Shown: in pieces, positions 10,875 to 22,576 of the stretch | Position numbering within the stretch: position 1 is the stretch's first letter | Layout of the letters: each line of letters opens with the position of its first letter | Assembly (NCBI GenBank): GCA_003427395.1 | Contig: BFEA01000023.1 | Coordinates: 3,250,798 to 3,314,797, forward strand | Length of the DNA: 64,000 bases | Direction: 5' to 3' | Source: Chara braunii | Lineage: Eukaryota; Plantae; Charophyceae | Notes under the pieces: model-generated | Database searches by the model: none | Seen by the model: the letters and a program-made list of their open reading frames with translations, nothing else | What the model was told of the DNA's origin: nothing | Position numbers and translations under genes: made by a program

Positions 10875-12041
10875 TCACTCGAAATCATCCTCAGAAAAGG
10901 ATTCCTCCGATTCCGAGAGTGAAGGTTTCGTTTCGTCCTTGATAACCACTCCTTTACTGGCCCTGGTAATAAACGGCAACGGGATGGTAGATGGGTCATA
11001 TGCCACAACAGACCTTCTAGTGATCAATCGCTTGATAGCCAAATCTCTGTTTCCATACGCTACCTTCTCCCTCCGGCAGGCTTCCTTCAATTCGTCAATG
11101 GTCAGGGCGTCATAGAAATCATGGCAGTCCTGTTCAAATTTCTCCTTACCTCCTGGACCACATGAAGCCATGATGTGCTTCAATGACAAGTCAATCTTCT
11201 TCGGCGTACTCGTCGTCCCGCCCTCCTTCAGCTGCTCGCTATTCAGCACTTCAATTCTTGTTTTCGCCTCCTCCCAGAGTCAGGTATTCGACCTCTTCTC
11301 GGGGGTGACGATCGGTGGACTATTCCCAACAGGTAAGTCGGGGCCACGCTTCCTTTTTTCCAACAATTCCAACCTCGCCGCTTGCTTGCGTAGGGCAAGC
11401 AGCTCTTCGTCCTCTGCTTCTTCCATCCCGAAAGTTCGTTGCGTGATGCTTCTCCGCAACCGCTCTTTTTCTTCATTAATTGCCTCCGTTCTTTCGATCG
11501 CACGCACCTGTTTCTTTCCTTTGTCTGCGCTTCCCACGCCCTCCCTTTGAAATTCGCTTCGCAAAATCCTCATTAGTCTAACATCGCGTTCCTCTTCGTG
11601 CCTTATCCTCTGTTCCTCTCTTAACGCCCTCCTGGTTTCCTTCGCCCGTCTCGCCTCGTCCTCCACTCTTCTTCGCTCCTCTTCCCTTTCACGTTCGATC
11701 CTCTCACGTCGTTCCTCAACCATCTGCATGAAGTACTCTCTCAGAAGCGCGTTCGTCTCCTCCGTACAATCCCCACGTTCATTACGATCCCCGCCACTTT
11801 CAGCCGAGCGGCTCCTCCGGAACCCGAAGCTGTCGCTGCCCGACGTTGATCATCCATACCGTGTTTGCCCAGTGGAAATAACCGATGGAGCGAATGGTCT
11901 CCCCTGTGCCTTTGCCCTCTAATAGTCCGCGCAATCACGGATGTAGTGACCACCCTCACCGCACTTATAACACTTCCCGCCATCTGGCGGCATCCCGCCA
12001 CCACCCTCAGTCCCCTTCCGAGAATCACCTTCCTCACTCAT
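10875..12041 (-). pseudogene. PLE-1 ORF1 (~388 codons): CCHC zinc knuckle, coiled coil, SAP-like motif, acidic tail; 3 internal nonsense codons
   Basis: ORF-track pieces 12158-11919, 11729-11280 and 11249-10875 share one frame; CYKCGEGGHYIRDC, E/R-rich coil, LTIDELKEACRREKV..RDLAIKRL. Confidence 0.8.
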
Positions 12042-12187
12042 CACCGGAAAAGTAGTACTTCGTCTCACCCAACTCGGCCACTGAAGCCAGTCACTCACAA
12101 CTCCTTCACAGAGAACACTTTTGTCTTGAACAACAACCGCCACCTCCGCTAGGTACAATTGCCTAGATGGTTATGACCCTAGGTAGT

Positions 12188-12912
12188 AGGAAAGCATAGA
12201 ACTGCATTTGTACATACGTAGTTTATACACCAAGAACTGCACGCAGTCGACAGCCCACGGACCAAGCCCAAAAGTTGCAAATAAACATAACATCTGATTC
12301 CGAAAGAAGAAAACACGTTAACCAAGTGGTGGGTTAATCGTGATCATGCATTCTGCCCATGGATGCTAATGAGTGAAAGCACATCCCGACTCCCATCCTC
12401 TCCTCTCCTCTCTCCTTCGCTACCACGCCCGCTCCATGGTTGCGCCATCGCCTCAAAGGCAAAAGAGGATTCTATCTACCGATACTACCCTACTTATGTC
12501 CTTCGTCAACCGAAATTCCCCGTCGGATTCGTACGCCGTACAGACAGTACCAACCTAACGACCATTCCTCCCGCCAATGCTTTCGACAATATCAGAATTC
12601 ACAAAAGACAAAAAAAGAAAGAACCACCGCATGCTATACTTCACACGGCGTTTCTGCAAATTGCGTGCGCGACTCACGGTACTTTCTGGAAAGTACAGAC
12701 ACCCAGTACTTTTTCCAGAAGGTATCGGTTCAGTACAAACCAGCGGACCCAAATTTTCAAAAAGAAGTCCCACGCCTGCTACACTACATACGGCGTTCCC
12801 ACAACTAACAGATGCAACCCTGGTACTTTCTGGAAAGTACGGGCCCAAGTACTTTTCACAGGAGGTATCAGTACAGTATATATCCAAGGACAATTTCCTG
12901 GTGCCAATACAC
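12188..12912 (-). repeat. PLE-1 5' pseudo-LTR
   Basis: Near-identical direct repeat of 7125-7850. Confidence 0.92.
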
Positions 12913-13508
12913 TCACTCATTTTAATTCTTTTTTTTTTTTTTCTTTTTTTTATCATAGTGTTTATTTTCTGTATTTGATTTTTAATTCAAATTTGGTAAA
13001 GAATTTGGATGTAGTGCCCGGGCAAATGTTGTTTAGTTTATTTTTCTCCGTAACATATTTGTTTCGCGGAATTTTTGGAAAACGTTTTTTTTTTTTTTTT
13101 TTTTTTTTTTTCCGTGTTCGGCCCGAATGGCCGAACGCCTTCCGAAGGGGTCCCGTATGTTCCAGCGTTCGGGTTCGGGCGTTCGGCCCATCCCGAACGC
13201 CGGTAACCCTGTATATATATATATATTTGAACAATTATTGCGATCAGGGTAACCGGTGTTCAAGACGGGCCGAACAGTCGATGCTGAACGCCCGAACGTA
13301 CGGGACCCCTTGGGGATGCGTTCGGCCGTTTAAGCTGAATGCAGACAAAAATAAATAAAAAATAGAAAAAATAAAAAATAAAAAATTAATAAATAAAAAG
13401 GTAATAAATAATAATAATAAAATAATAATAAATAATAATAAATAAATTATAAATAAATAATAAATTAAAAAAAACAAATCATAAATAAAATAATAATTCA
13501 AAAAAATC

Positions 13509-13579
13509 CTAGGCTACCAGCCTGTCCGCCCATGTTCCGGGTGGCCAGCCCATGCAAGGACTAGGAAGGTCCCAACAAN

Positions 13580-13611
<32 letters not shown>

Positions 13612-13776
13612 ATGTTATGGAGAAAAATAAATTGAACAACTTTTGTCTCAAGGTCACATCGAAATTCGTCAATACATTTAGAATAAAATTAAAATGTAAA
13701 AATAGTCCTTTTTTTTTTTTTTTTTTTTTTTTTGGCCCAGTCAGGCAAGTGACCCCGGACCACTCTGATAGACTAG
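13509..13776. mobile_element. Small hAT-like MITE-B (inverted copy)
   Basis: TIR CTAGGCTACCAG / CTGATAGACTAG; imperfect 8-bp TSD AAAAAATC/AAAAAAAC. Confidence 0.7.
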
Positions 13777-13983
13777 AAAAAAACTGAAAAAAAGTTACAT
13801 TATGACAAAAAATACAATAAACAATATTTGTTTGATTATTACATTTCAACTCCTTACCAAATTTGAAATAAAAATGAAACAAAAAAAAATAAAACTAATA
13901 AAGAAATAAAAAATAAAATGAGAATTAAAATTAGTGAGCGGGCGAGCACGTTTTCGACACGATAATTTTTGGCAAGTTTTCAT

Positions 13984-14279
13984 TTAGGCTACCAGAGTGG
14001 CCCGGGGTCACTTGCCTGGCCGGGCCAAAAAAAAATTTAAAAATAGAAATAAAAACAATATTTTTAAACTTTTATTTTTATTTTAAAATTGGTAAAGACT
14101 TTCGATGTGACCCTAGGGCAAAAGTTGTTCAGTTTATGTTTCTGCATAACATAGTTTGTTTTCGGAGTTTTGGGTTTTTTTTTTTTTTTTTTTTTTACTG
14201 GGAGCTCTTGTATGGGCTGGCCACCCAATCTTGTACGGGCTGGCCACCCAGGTTCCGGGCGGCCCGGCTGGTAGCCTAG
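13984..14279. mobile_element. Small hAT-like MITE-B
   Basis: TIR TTAGGCTACCAG / CTGGTAGCCTAG; perfect 8-bp TSD GTTTTCAT (13976-83, 14280-87). Confidence 0.85.
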
Positions 14280-14897
14280 GTTTTCATGTTTTTTTGGCAT
14301 AGCCAAATGCCCTGAAAATTTACAATTATGTACTTCATATAATACAAGAAGGAATAGGAAAGAGTGCAAAAGTGCCAAAACGCAATCACCTCACAACAGA
14401 CACGTCATAGTCGTAAACGACGCAAAGCCGCAAGCGACAAGGACGAAAGAAGTTGTACTTGCATTATGAAAAATATCGTCAACTCCTGGGAAAAGCCCGG
14501 TGGTCAACACACAGTGAAGCGCAAGCGTAAGCGGAAGGGCGACCGCCTGTTCGATCGGCAGAAGCCAAGAAAAGAACAGTCGACCGCTCATACCGCACTT
14601 GTGTCCTATCGGACAAAAAAGAGGTCCTAGTCGTCAGTCTTACTGTTTTTATCACAACCGACAATGACTATTCCCTTGCCTAATTTTAGATCGGCCTACC
14701 CCCCGCTACTTCCATCAGTATTCCCTAACCCGGATTGGTCCCAGTCTAGCACAGTTCCAATACCCAACCCTTATATCCCGAAACAGTACCCCCAGGTTCC
14801 CGATACCGATAGGGTATTCCCTGGTCCCAACAAACAAACAAGCAAACCCTTCCTTCCTCAGTACCTACAACAAATCAAAAACTTCCAATCCACACAT

Positions 14898-17810
14898 CTA
14901 ATCCATAATCCTAATGTCCGTCATCAACACGGCGAACATCTTCCAACTCTCATTCTTGTCCCTTGTGAAGTTCATGAGCGCCCGACTGAACCAACCATCC
15001 GGGTAATTGCACTTCTGCAATTTCATCCTCAGGAGGATCAGGGTCTCAAAGGCTTCCATGCTGTCCATGGAATTCTGATAGATCCGATGCAGCGCACTGG
15101 TCCAGGAATTAGATTCATGAAACGTCTGAAAAGGCAGTTGCACCCTCTTTCGCAATTCCGCATCATTCTTCATCCCCTGCACCGTCCAAATGAAAGGGAA
15201 CTCCTCCCTGATTGTCAATCTACATCCCAAGAACATCCATTGGTTTTCCACCTCATCAGTGCGTTTCAAGGTCAACGCCCCGTCATAACACCTCTCAAAT
15301 CTTCTGATTATCTCCCTAGCCTTCTCCTTGGATCCTGCCCTTCGCGGATTGTATGCTACGAAAATAGAAGCATCATCCACAAATCTTAGCCCACCAACCA
15401 ACCTCCTCTGACTCCCAAGCGTCAACAAAAAGTCCCATTCAGCCTTCCCACACATAAGGTATGCCAGTGGGGGGCTCGAGCTCTTCCCCATTGGTATCCC
15501 CACAATCTGTCTCAGCAACACTCCACATGCTCTAGTAAAACAAAACTCCAATTCAAACGACACGAATTCCACCAAATATCTAAATGAAATTTTGACAAAT
15601 CCCTCGATCACACCATTCTTACTCAACTTAACACCCCAACCCGACTTTTTTACAAAGATTCCATCGCAACCTTTTTGAGAGAAGTCTCATACACACCACT
15701 CGACAGCCCTCATGATTGTCTCGTGCGGGAGCTTATTAAACATATCTTTAATGTCATAAGAAGCTCCCAGCACAAGTACATCAGTATTAGTCCTTGCTAG
15801 TATATCATTCATTCTACTCAATTTTTCCTTCATCATTGAGACTGCTCGAAGGTTAAAATGACTCGTTTCTGGCAAAGCAAACAGCAATCCGTTCACCGCT
15901 TGCGAAATCTTCTTGCATGCTTTGACAGATGGTTCATCAAAGGTAGGGCAGATCGGACGGAATTTTTCCGTATCCTTATGCTTGGGTAATGCATACGCAT
16001 GCCCCACCTTTCCTCCCCCATCCCACTTTCCATGTTCCTCAAGCTGTCTCCGTATATACTCTTCACCTCCCATCCTCAGCACGACCCTCTCCTCCTCCAC
16101 ACACTCAAGGTATCCTTCGTTCTCCAAAAAGGTGGCTGCCATCCCCTTTGCGTATAGCACAGGACACATCACAAGTGTGTCACCGGGGTTTCTATCCAAC
16201 GGGGACAACACAAAGCCTTGGAGTTTTTCTCTCACCACCACAACTTCTTCTACACACGCCTCCCTCACTCTGTTCGCCTCTTTCGCGAAGCACTGTTCAA
16301 TTTCTGCCCTCGTGACATCAACTCGTCCTCCTTTGATCCCCGATTTTTCCTCGAATGTCCTGAACGCCTCCTCTATTTCGTCTTTTAGCGTCTCCCTTCT
16401 CACCCGACTCTCGTGCCTCGGAACGTTCTTGGAATTCCTCACTATCGTCGGGACACCTTCAAGATCGCCTATTCGAAAATGCACGTGCCCATCCTTTCTT
16501 GGATAGGGTCTGCCAGCACAAATACAGCTGGCCACACACAACGACGCAAAGCGCTGGTGGTTATGGATCAATTCCCCAACATTAGGACATCTAGTCCATA
16601 CCACACGTGTCCTTCTTTTTATCATTTCCTTCAGGGCACCTTCATTTTTGAGTCCCCCAATCTTCTTCCTCGCAATTTTGGTTACTTCATTCTTCCTTAT
16701 TCGGCCGTCGAAATTTATCTTCACAATCACCCTTCGTCTCACACCTAACCCATGTGCACTCCTAATCGCCTGGGATATCATACACCGAGCCTTCGTTCTA
16801 CTCCGCTTCGTCGTAAACGACTTAATGACACTGTAATACTTCAGCAACTCCACGAGACCCAAACGCTTCAACTTTGTCTTCAACTTCGGATTCTTGAACA
16901 TCTTCACCATCTGATCCCGCCGACGCAAGATCGCTGGAGAGGCCTCATCGATTCGCCTCACAACAATCTTTCCCCCTTCTTCAAAAAAATTCTTACAATT
17001 ACGCAAGGGCTTCGTTCTCTTCCCACGTCTGACTCTCGTTTCCCCAAACAACCTTCGCACCAACCTCCACCCGTCGGCCCACACGCTACCTCCTCCGGAT
17101 TCCAGGTGCGTGTCCCCCTTCACTCCGTCTTCATGCAATTTCCGAAGTAACTTCACGACACCTACCGTGGCATTGTGATCCCCTTTCCTTCGCAGTTCAA
17201 CTATCTTTCCAGACCCACAAACCTTCTTATCTAACAGTTCCCCACCCTTCGTAGTACTTTTCCTCCTCTGTCTCTCCTTCCTGCCCGGTCTTCTCTTCCC
17301 CTTTCTTCCCGATCTCTTTCCCCTGGAAACTCAAGAGTTAAGGCTAGGCGACCATATCCTGATCAGAGTCCGCTCCACAGCCTCGAGTTCCTTCCTTTCC
17401 TTACTGAAAAAAAACGGTATTGCGACATACTTCTGAGCTCCCACTTTCCCGAACCAGTTGTATAGTGCTCACCTCCGCTTACCCCCACTCCCCTTCCCGA
17501 GGCACGAATGCTCCCGCCATCTCGCCCACAATTGCCTCTCGGTCATCCCAATATACACTGGTTTGTACCATGGTGATATCAAGATATACACACATCCTTC
17601 CGGTTTACTCAGATTCAGACACCCCTTCTCCAGTTCCCCTTCCAAGTACCTTACGAATTTATCCCCCCATCCCACTTCTCCTTCCAATATTAACTTGATC
17701 GTGACTAATCGGAATAGTCTATCATCATCTTTGTTCTTCCCACCGTCAGCTCGTCTTCGCCCGCTGATATCCTTGGCTAAATCCCACAATTTCTCCCTTC
17801 TCCGACGTCT
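14898..17810 (-). pseudogene. PLE-2 ORF2: GIY-YIG + RT (disrupted)
   Basis: CVYILISPWYKPVYIGMTERQLWARWREH; YALPKHKD, YDIKDMF, QIVGIPMGKSSSPPLA, RFVDD. Confidence 0.9.
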
Positions 17811-17855
17811 TCATTCTTCCTTCTCAGATTCACTCTCTTCTTCCTCCGGTTTCGT

Positions 17856-18879
17856 TGTGAGGAAACCCGGGGAGGGGCACCTACCGTTCGCCGAAGCCAA
17901 GGGCAACGGCGTCTGTCACCCGCCGCGCCCGCTTCCGAGGTCCTCGGCGACCAGCAGGAATCGAAACTTGCGGCGTCCTATCACGCTTCCAATTTTCTTT
18001 TTCTTTCTTTTTGTAATTTAGCAACTTCACACAGCAAGGGGTTTCGACGGTCAACTGGTAATACCACAAGTTCACACAACCGTAAGTTTCAACAATCGAC
18101 TGGTTTAACAGCTAATCAACAGTTCAGCGAGTTCACGCAACGATGAGTTTCAATAGCTGGCTAGTAACTCAGCAAGTTCAAGCAAGAGTGAGTTTCAACA
18201 GCCAATCGACAGTTCAGCGAGTTCACGCAACAGTGAGCTTCAACAGTCAACTGGCAAATTAGCTACGGGCGCAGCAGCGAGTTTTCGGAGTCAACCTTGG
18301 ATGTGCCCCCCCTGGTTCTCTTTCTCTCTCTCTCTCTCTGTTCTCTCTCTCTCACTGTTCTCTGTCACTCTCTGTCGCTGTTCTCTCTCTCTCACTCTTG
18401 CTGTTCTCTCTCTCTCACTCTCGCTGTTCTCTCTCTCTCACTCTCCCCCGGTGTTTGGTAAGCTTTGTATACTCCATCATNANANAAGGTGCTGGCCAGG
18501 TCCGTGCGCTGTCTCGAGTAAACAAATTAATATGACATAAATTTGGATGCACACGTAGACCCGTTCGTGTCCCCTCCACCCAAGGTCTTCCATGAGAGTT
18601 ACCCACTTGGGTGTATCAATGGCTAGGTAATAGGGATGGGTACACTTCCTTGCAGTTCGCTCTTGCTCGATGCGGGCTGGGTTTCCCCCCAAATGAACCA
18701 AAAGGAATATTGCTCCTTCGCTAGTGTATGAGAAGATTCTCAGCCATACCCCCCTTTTATGTTGTGACTAGCGACTCAATTACTCTTCACATAATGAGAA
18801 AGAGTAATGTCAGGGGATCGCTGAGAGCTGTACCTCGAGTATTCACCAATGCAGTGGAGCAATAAAATCTGATCGAAAA

Positions 18880-18910
<31 letters not shown>

Positions 18911-19186
18911 TTATTATATATATTGCGACCTATCAATCCAGCGGGGACTCCGAGTCCGTGTATCTCTGAAGATCAGCGAGTACGCTCTTCTTTCCTTCGT
19001 TTTGTCTCCCTATTTTCCCCCTCTTTCCTTGAGACACTCACTCACACTTTCAGTCTCAGTCCCTCTCTCTCTCCTCTGGCTCTATCTCCCCCTCTCACGC
19101 ACACCAACACTTACGCATTCTTACCCCTAAGGACGCTCTCTCTCTGTGCTCTCCCTCTGTGCTCTCTCTCTGCGCTCCCCCTTTGT

Positions 19187-19242
<56 letters not shown>

Positions 19243-22200
19243 GCTCGCTCTCTCTCTCTCTCTCGCTTACTCTCTCTCTTCTCTTTGCTGTGTGTCAGTC
19301 CCCCTCTCTCTCTCTCTCTCCCAGCCTGCAGTGCTACGGCACGCTCAGGGGAGTTACAACCGCGCTGTCCCCTAGCGTTATGTTCATTTTGTCACGAAAA
19401 TAAGATCCGTACGGACAAAATTCGCGTTTTCAAATCCCCCTTGTGAATATGTGGTCTGATCTGCTATTGGCGCCGACAGTGGAGGATGCCAGCCTAGAAG
19501 TCGTCCTCATGTCGTCTGAGAGTGGTCGTTCCCGCGAACAGTAAGTATGGCTGATTGCATCATCAGCGGGAGCGGCTGTTCCCACGAACAGCGGGTATTT
19601 TTGGTTCTCCCTTCTGCGCGAGTGGTTGGATCACACCCACCCTGGGGGTTATTGATTGTCTCATCAGTATAAAATAACAGATGGCATAAATGATTACCTG
19701 CGACGTTCACATGACAAAATGTTGGTCGTAAGGATCGCATGTGTCGCAGAGATTATGCAGCGGGGGAAAGTGACTGGTCACACCAACAGTGGGTGCATCT
19801 GTTTCTCTCTTCAGCGTGAGCGCTGATCAATTCAACAGCGGGTGCCGATCACACCTGCAGTATGTCCCTCTTCAAGTCACAGATGCGCCTNGTANGCCGG
19901 TGCCCCTTTCCACACCCCGGTCATGGCTNCCTAGATAACGNCTTTNCCGCCTGCTCGCACTGTACTNCTGNCACTCTTATTCTCTCTCCTNTGTCTCTCA
20001 CATGGGAGTCTTCCATNGCTGTTGGTTCTGTCTTGTGACTCGGAACAGCTTTGGTTCTGTATTGTGACTCGGGAGGGGCATACTCATCTTCGTCTTCACT
20101 CCATAGCTCTGCGATAAGACTCCGAAGTCAATCGCGCTTATGCGAGGCACACCTGGCTCGNGACTCGGGAGGGGCATACTCATCTTCGTCTTCACTCCAT
20201 AGCTCTGCGATAAGACTCCGAAGTCAATCGCGCTTATGCGAGGCACACCTGGCTCGCTGCTTCCTCCCCGGTTGAAACGCGCTATGCTGAGTGCCCCCTA
20301 CGCCAGGCACTCCCCACCTTCTCGCCCAGTCTCTTTGCCTTTCTACTCCCACACGAGGAGCAACCGCTTGCGCGCTGGGGGTTCTGCCCCGTGCTTTCTC
20401 CTCGCCCGCGGTGCGCAACCGCCTGAGCGCCGATGCCCCCACTCCGAGCTTCGTGTCGCGGGTACACCTTGCTCATTTCGCCTTTCTCTTCCGACCGTCT
20501 TCCCTATATGGTTCCCTAGTTCACCCGAGCGTGGACCTCGGCCCACTCCCAGCCCGTAGGCCTTAGCAAACTAGAGGTAATAACTCAGTATGTCCCAACA
20601 GCCCCAACTGGTCCACCCTTACCACTCTGTTTCGGTATCAGAATAGCATGTTGCGTTCGCTGTGAGTCCCCACTGTCGACAGAGAGCCGCTGCGGCAGGT
20701 TTATGCCGATGCAAAAATATAGGACCGGAGTGATCATGAACCAGGCCTATTACCGCGACGTAGCCGATTTGGACCAGATCAGTGTTACACACCAAGACTT
20801 GCCATAGGAGCATCGTATCAGCATCAGCCATGAGGTTATACCACACCAGCGCTAGGAGTGACGAATCTGCAGTCGTACCAGTCTTGGGCCGCCGCGCCGA
20901 CGCTAATTATGAAGTTCAGAATTGCAACAATCCGCACCGTGCTAGTGTCGTCCCAGATCCGAACCCGAGTCGACCCGCTGCTGTAGTTCCGGGCCTGTCG
21001 TAAAATGGTGTAGCAGTTCCGGACCTGAGAGTTAATCTCCGCGGGAGCCTTAACCAGCGCAAAACCTGAAATAAGTTGATGTCGAACCCACACCGAGCCT
21101 GGAACAATTGTTGTAACGGTGTCGGTTCCGAACCCGAACTGAGCTACTGCGGTGGTCTCAGACCTGAAAATAAATCACTACGAGGGTTCTGACCCTGAAA
21201 ACGAGACGCCGTAGTGGCCTCATGCCTGAAACATACTGACGCCGGCCCCATACCGAACCAGAAATATACCGTTGCAGAGGCTGGAGGCCTGAAGATAAAT
21301 CACCGCGGAGGTTCTGAACCTGAAATAGATCGTCACAGTGCTCCCGGACCTGAAAATAAATCACCACAGATGTCCCGAACCTGAAGTAGATCATCACAGT
21401 GCTCCCGGACNNNNNNNNNNNNNNNNNNNNNNNNNNNNNNNNNNNNNNNNNNNNNNNNNNNNNNNNNNNNNNNNNCTGAAGTAGATCATCACAGTGCTCC
21501 CGGACCTGAGAATAAATCACCACAGAGGTCCCGAACCTGAAATAGATCGTCACAGTGCTCCCGGACCTGAGAATAAATCACCGCAGTGAAACAGGTGTCA
21601 CCGGGCCCATACCGTACCTGAAGCACGTTAGACACCATAGGATGTAGCCACTCCGTAACATCCCTCGTACCCGCACCGAACCAAACATCATAGTGACCCA
21701 AGGTAGCACCTGTCCATGCGTCTCCCGCTCTCAAAATATCCCAACTGCGGTAGTGTTAGTAATCAAGCAAACCAGCGAAAGCGACGCAGGGAACCTCGAC
21801 CATCGGCAGTATTGAAAACTGTTAAAATCCGGGGAAAATGTTCAATCCGGGGTCAAGGCTGATGGCGGGTAATCGAGGCGAAATTAGGCCACTCTCCGAA
21901 TAATCATGGGTTCCCGTCCCTTTCATCGTTTTTCATCGTTCTTCCCTTTCCTTAATTTTATTGTCGGAAATAGTGAATCAACTGTAAGTTCCCTAAAATT
22001 AAATTCCGAGAAAGTTTAAATAAATGGCCGAATTCCTTCTGTTTCTTTTCTCTTTTACCATTTTTAATCTCTTTCTATGTTTTTAATTTCTTCGCCGGGA
22101 ACATAAAATAACAAGAGTATTCCCCCTAGAATTAAATGCCGTGAAAAATAAAGAAATTAAGGGATATTATGTTTTTTTCCTTCACCCCTACCGGTCTTAA

Positions 22201-22576
22201 TCCTTTACCCCCTCTTTAATTTTGGTACTAAAATAGATAAAAATTTGAGGCCTCTTTTCGGCCCCGGTCGTATTGCTGCAAAAACGTTGTAGCGAGGTCA
22301 GTTCCCGCGATGCCTCTTCGCGACAGGCCAATCCGGGTCTAACCTTCTGAACGACTGGAAATAGCGGTCTCTAGATATGCCGAGTGCGCCTACCCATCTC
22401 ACCGTCTTTGAGGGTTAGTCGTAAGGTTCAGTGTGCCCAAAATCAGGGGTGCCCTGAGTTCCCCTAATTTTTGCTGCCTGGTCATACCAGAGTACCGTCA
22501 AAACACGGACTTGTCCTTGGGCCTAAGTCCCAAAACCGCAGATTTCAGGCGGCGCACTGCTTGTGGCCGCCTAACA
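17856..22576 (-). mobile_element. ~4.7 kb solo LTR of a giant-LTR (probably Ty3/gypsy) retrotransposon
   Basis: TG...CA termini, 4-bp TSD TCGT (17852-55, 22577-80), no coding capacity, both ends homologous to the LTR at 46897-48434 and 54020-57920; orientation taken from the PBS at 57925. Confidence 0.85.
21160..21590. repeat. ~30/60-bp tandem subrepeat inside the LTR
   Basis: CGGACCTGAAAATAAATCACC.../CGAACCTGAAGTAGATCATCAC units; a similar array lies at 47200-47540. Confidence 0.8.

Larger units (their letters stand above)
7125..12912 (-). mobile_element. PLE-1: near full-length Penelope-like retroelement (ORF1 + GIY-YIG-RT) with direct pseudo-LTRs
   Basis: ~725-bp direct repeats at 7125-7850 and 12188-12912; GIY-YIG N-terminal to an RT with GIPMG and FADD motifs. 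Confidence 0.9.
6685..13211. mobile_element. hAT-like non-autonomous element (MITE-A copy 1) inserted in (TA)n and interrupted by PLE-1
   Basis: TIRs CAGGGTTACC (6685) / GGTAACCCTG (13211), subterminal CCGAAC/GTTCGG repeats, (TA)n on both sides; uninterrupted body seen at 26730-27288. Confidence 0.8.

Noticed and set aside
8450-11921. Other in-frame stops in PLE-1 (TAG 11919, TGA ~11848, TGA 11280, TAG ~10581, TAA 8450) as recoding sites
   Set aside because: PLE-2 has sense codons at the alignable sites (W, W, S), and most fit single C-to-T or G-to-A decay. They are copy-specific, unlike the ORF1/ORF2 TGA.
14590-14670. Possible hammerhead ribozyme in the PLE-2 pLTR (minus strand CTGACGA-stem-GACA)
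   Set aside because: The core has GACA rather than GAAA in both copies and I cannot form a proper stem I. Worth an Infernal check but not supported by eye.
20067-20257. Perfect ~95-bp tandem duplication
   Set aside because: The copies are separated by a single N in a low-quality stretch; probably a contig-overlap artefact.
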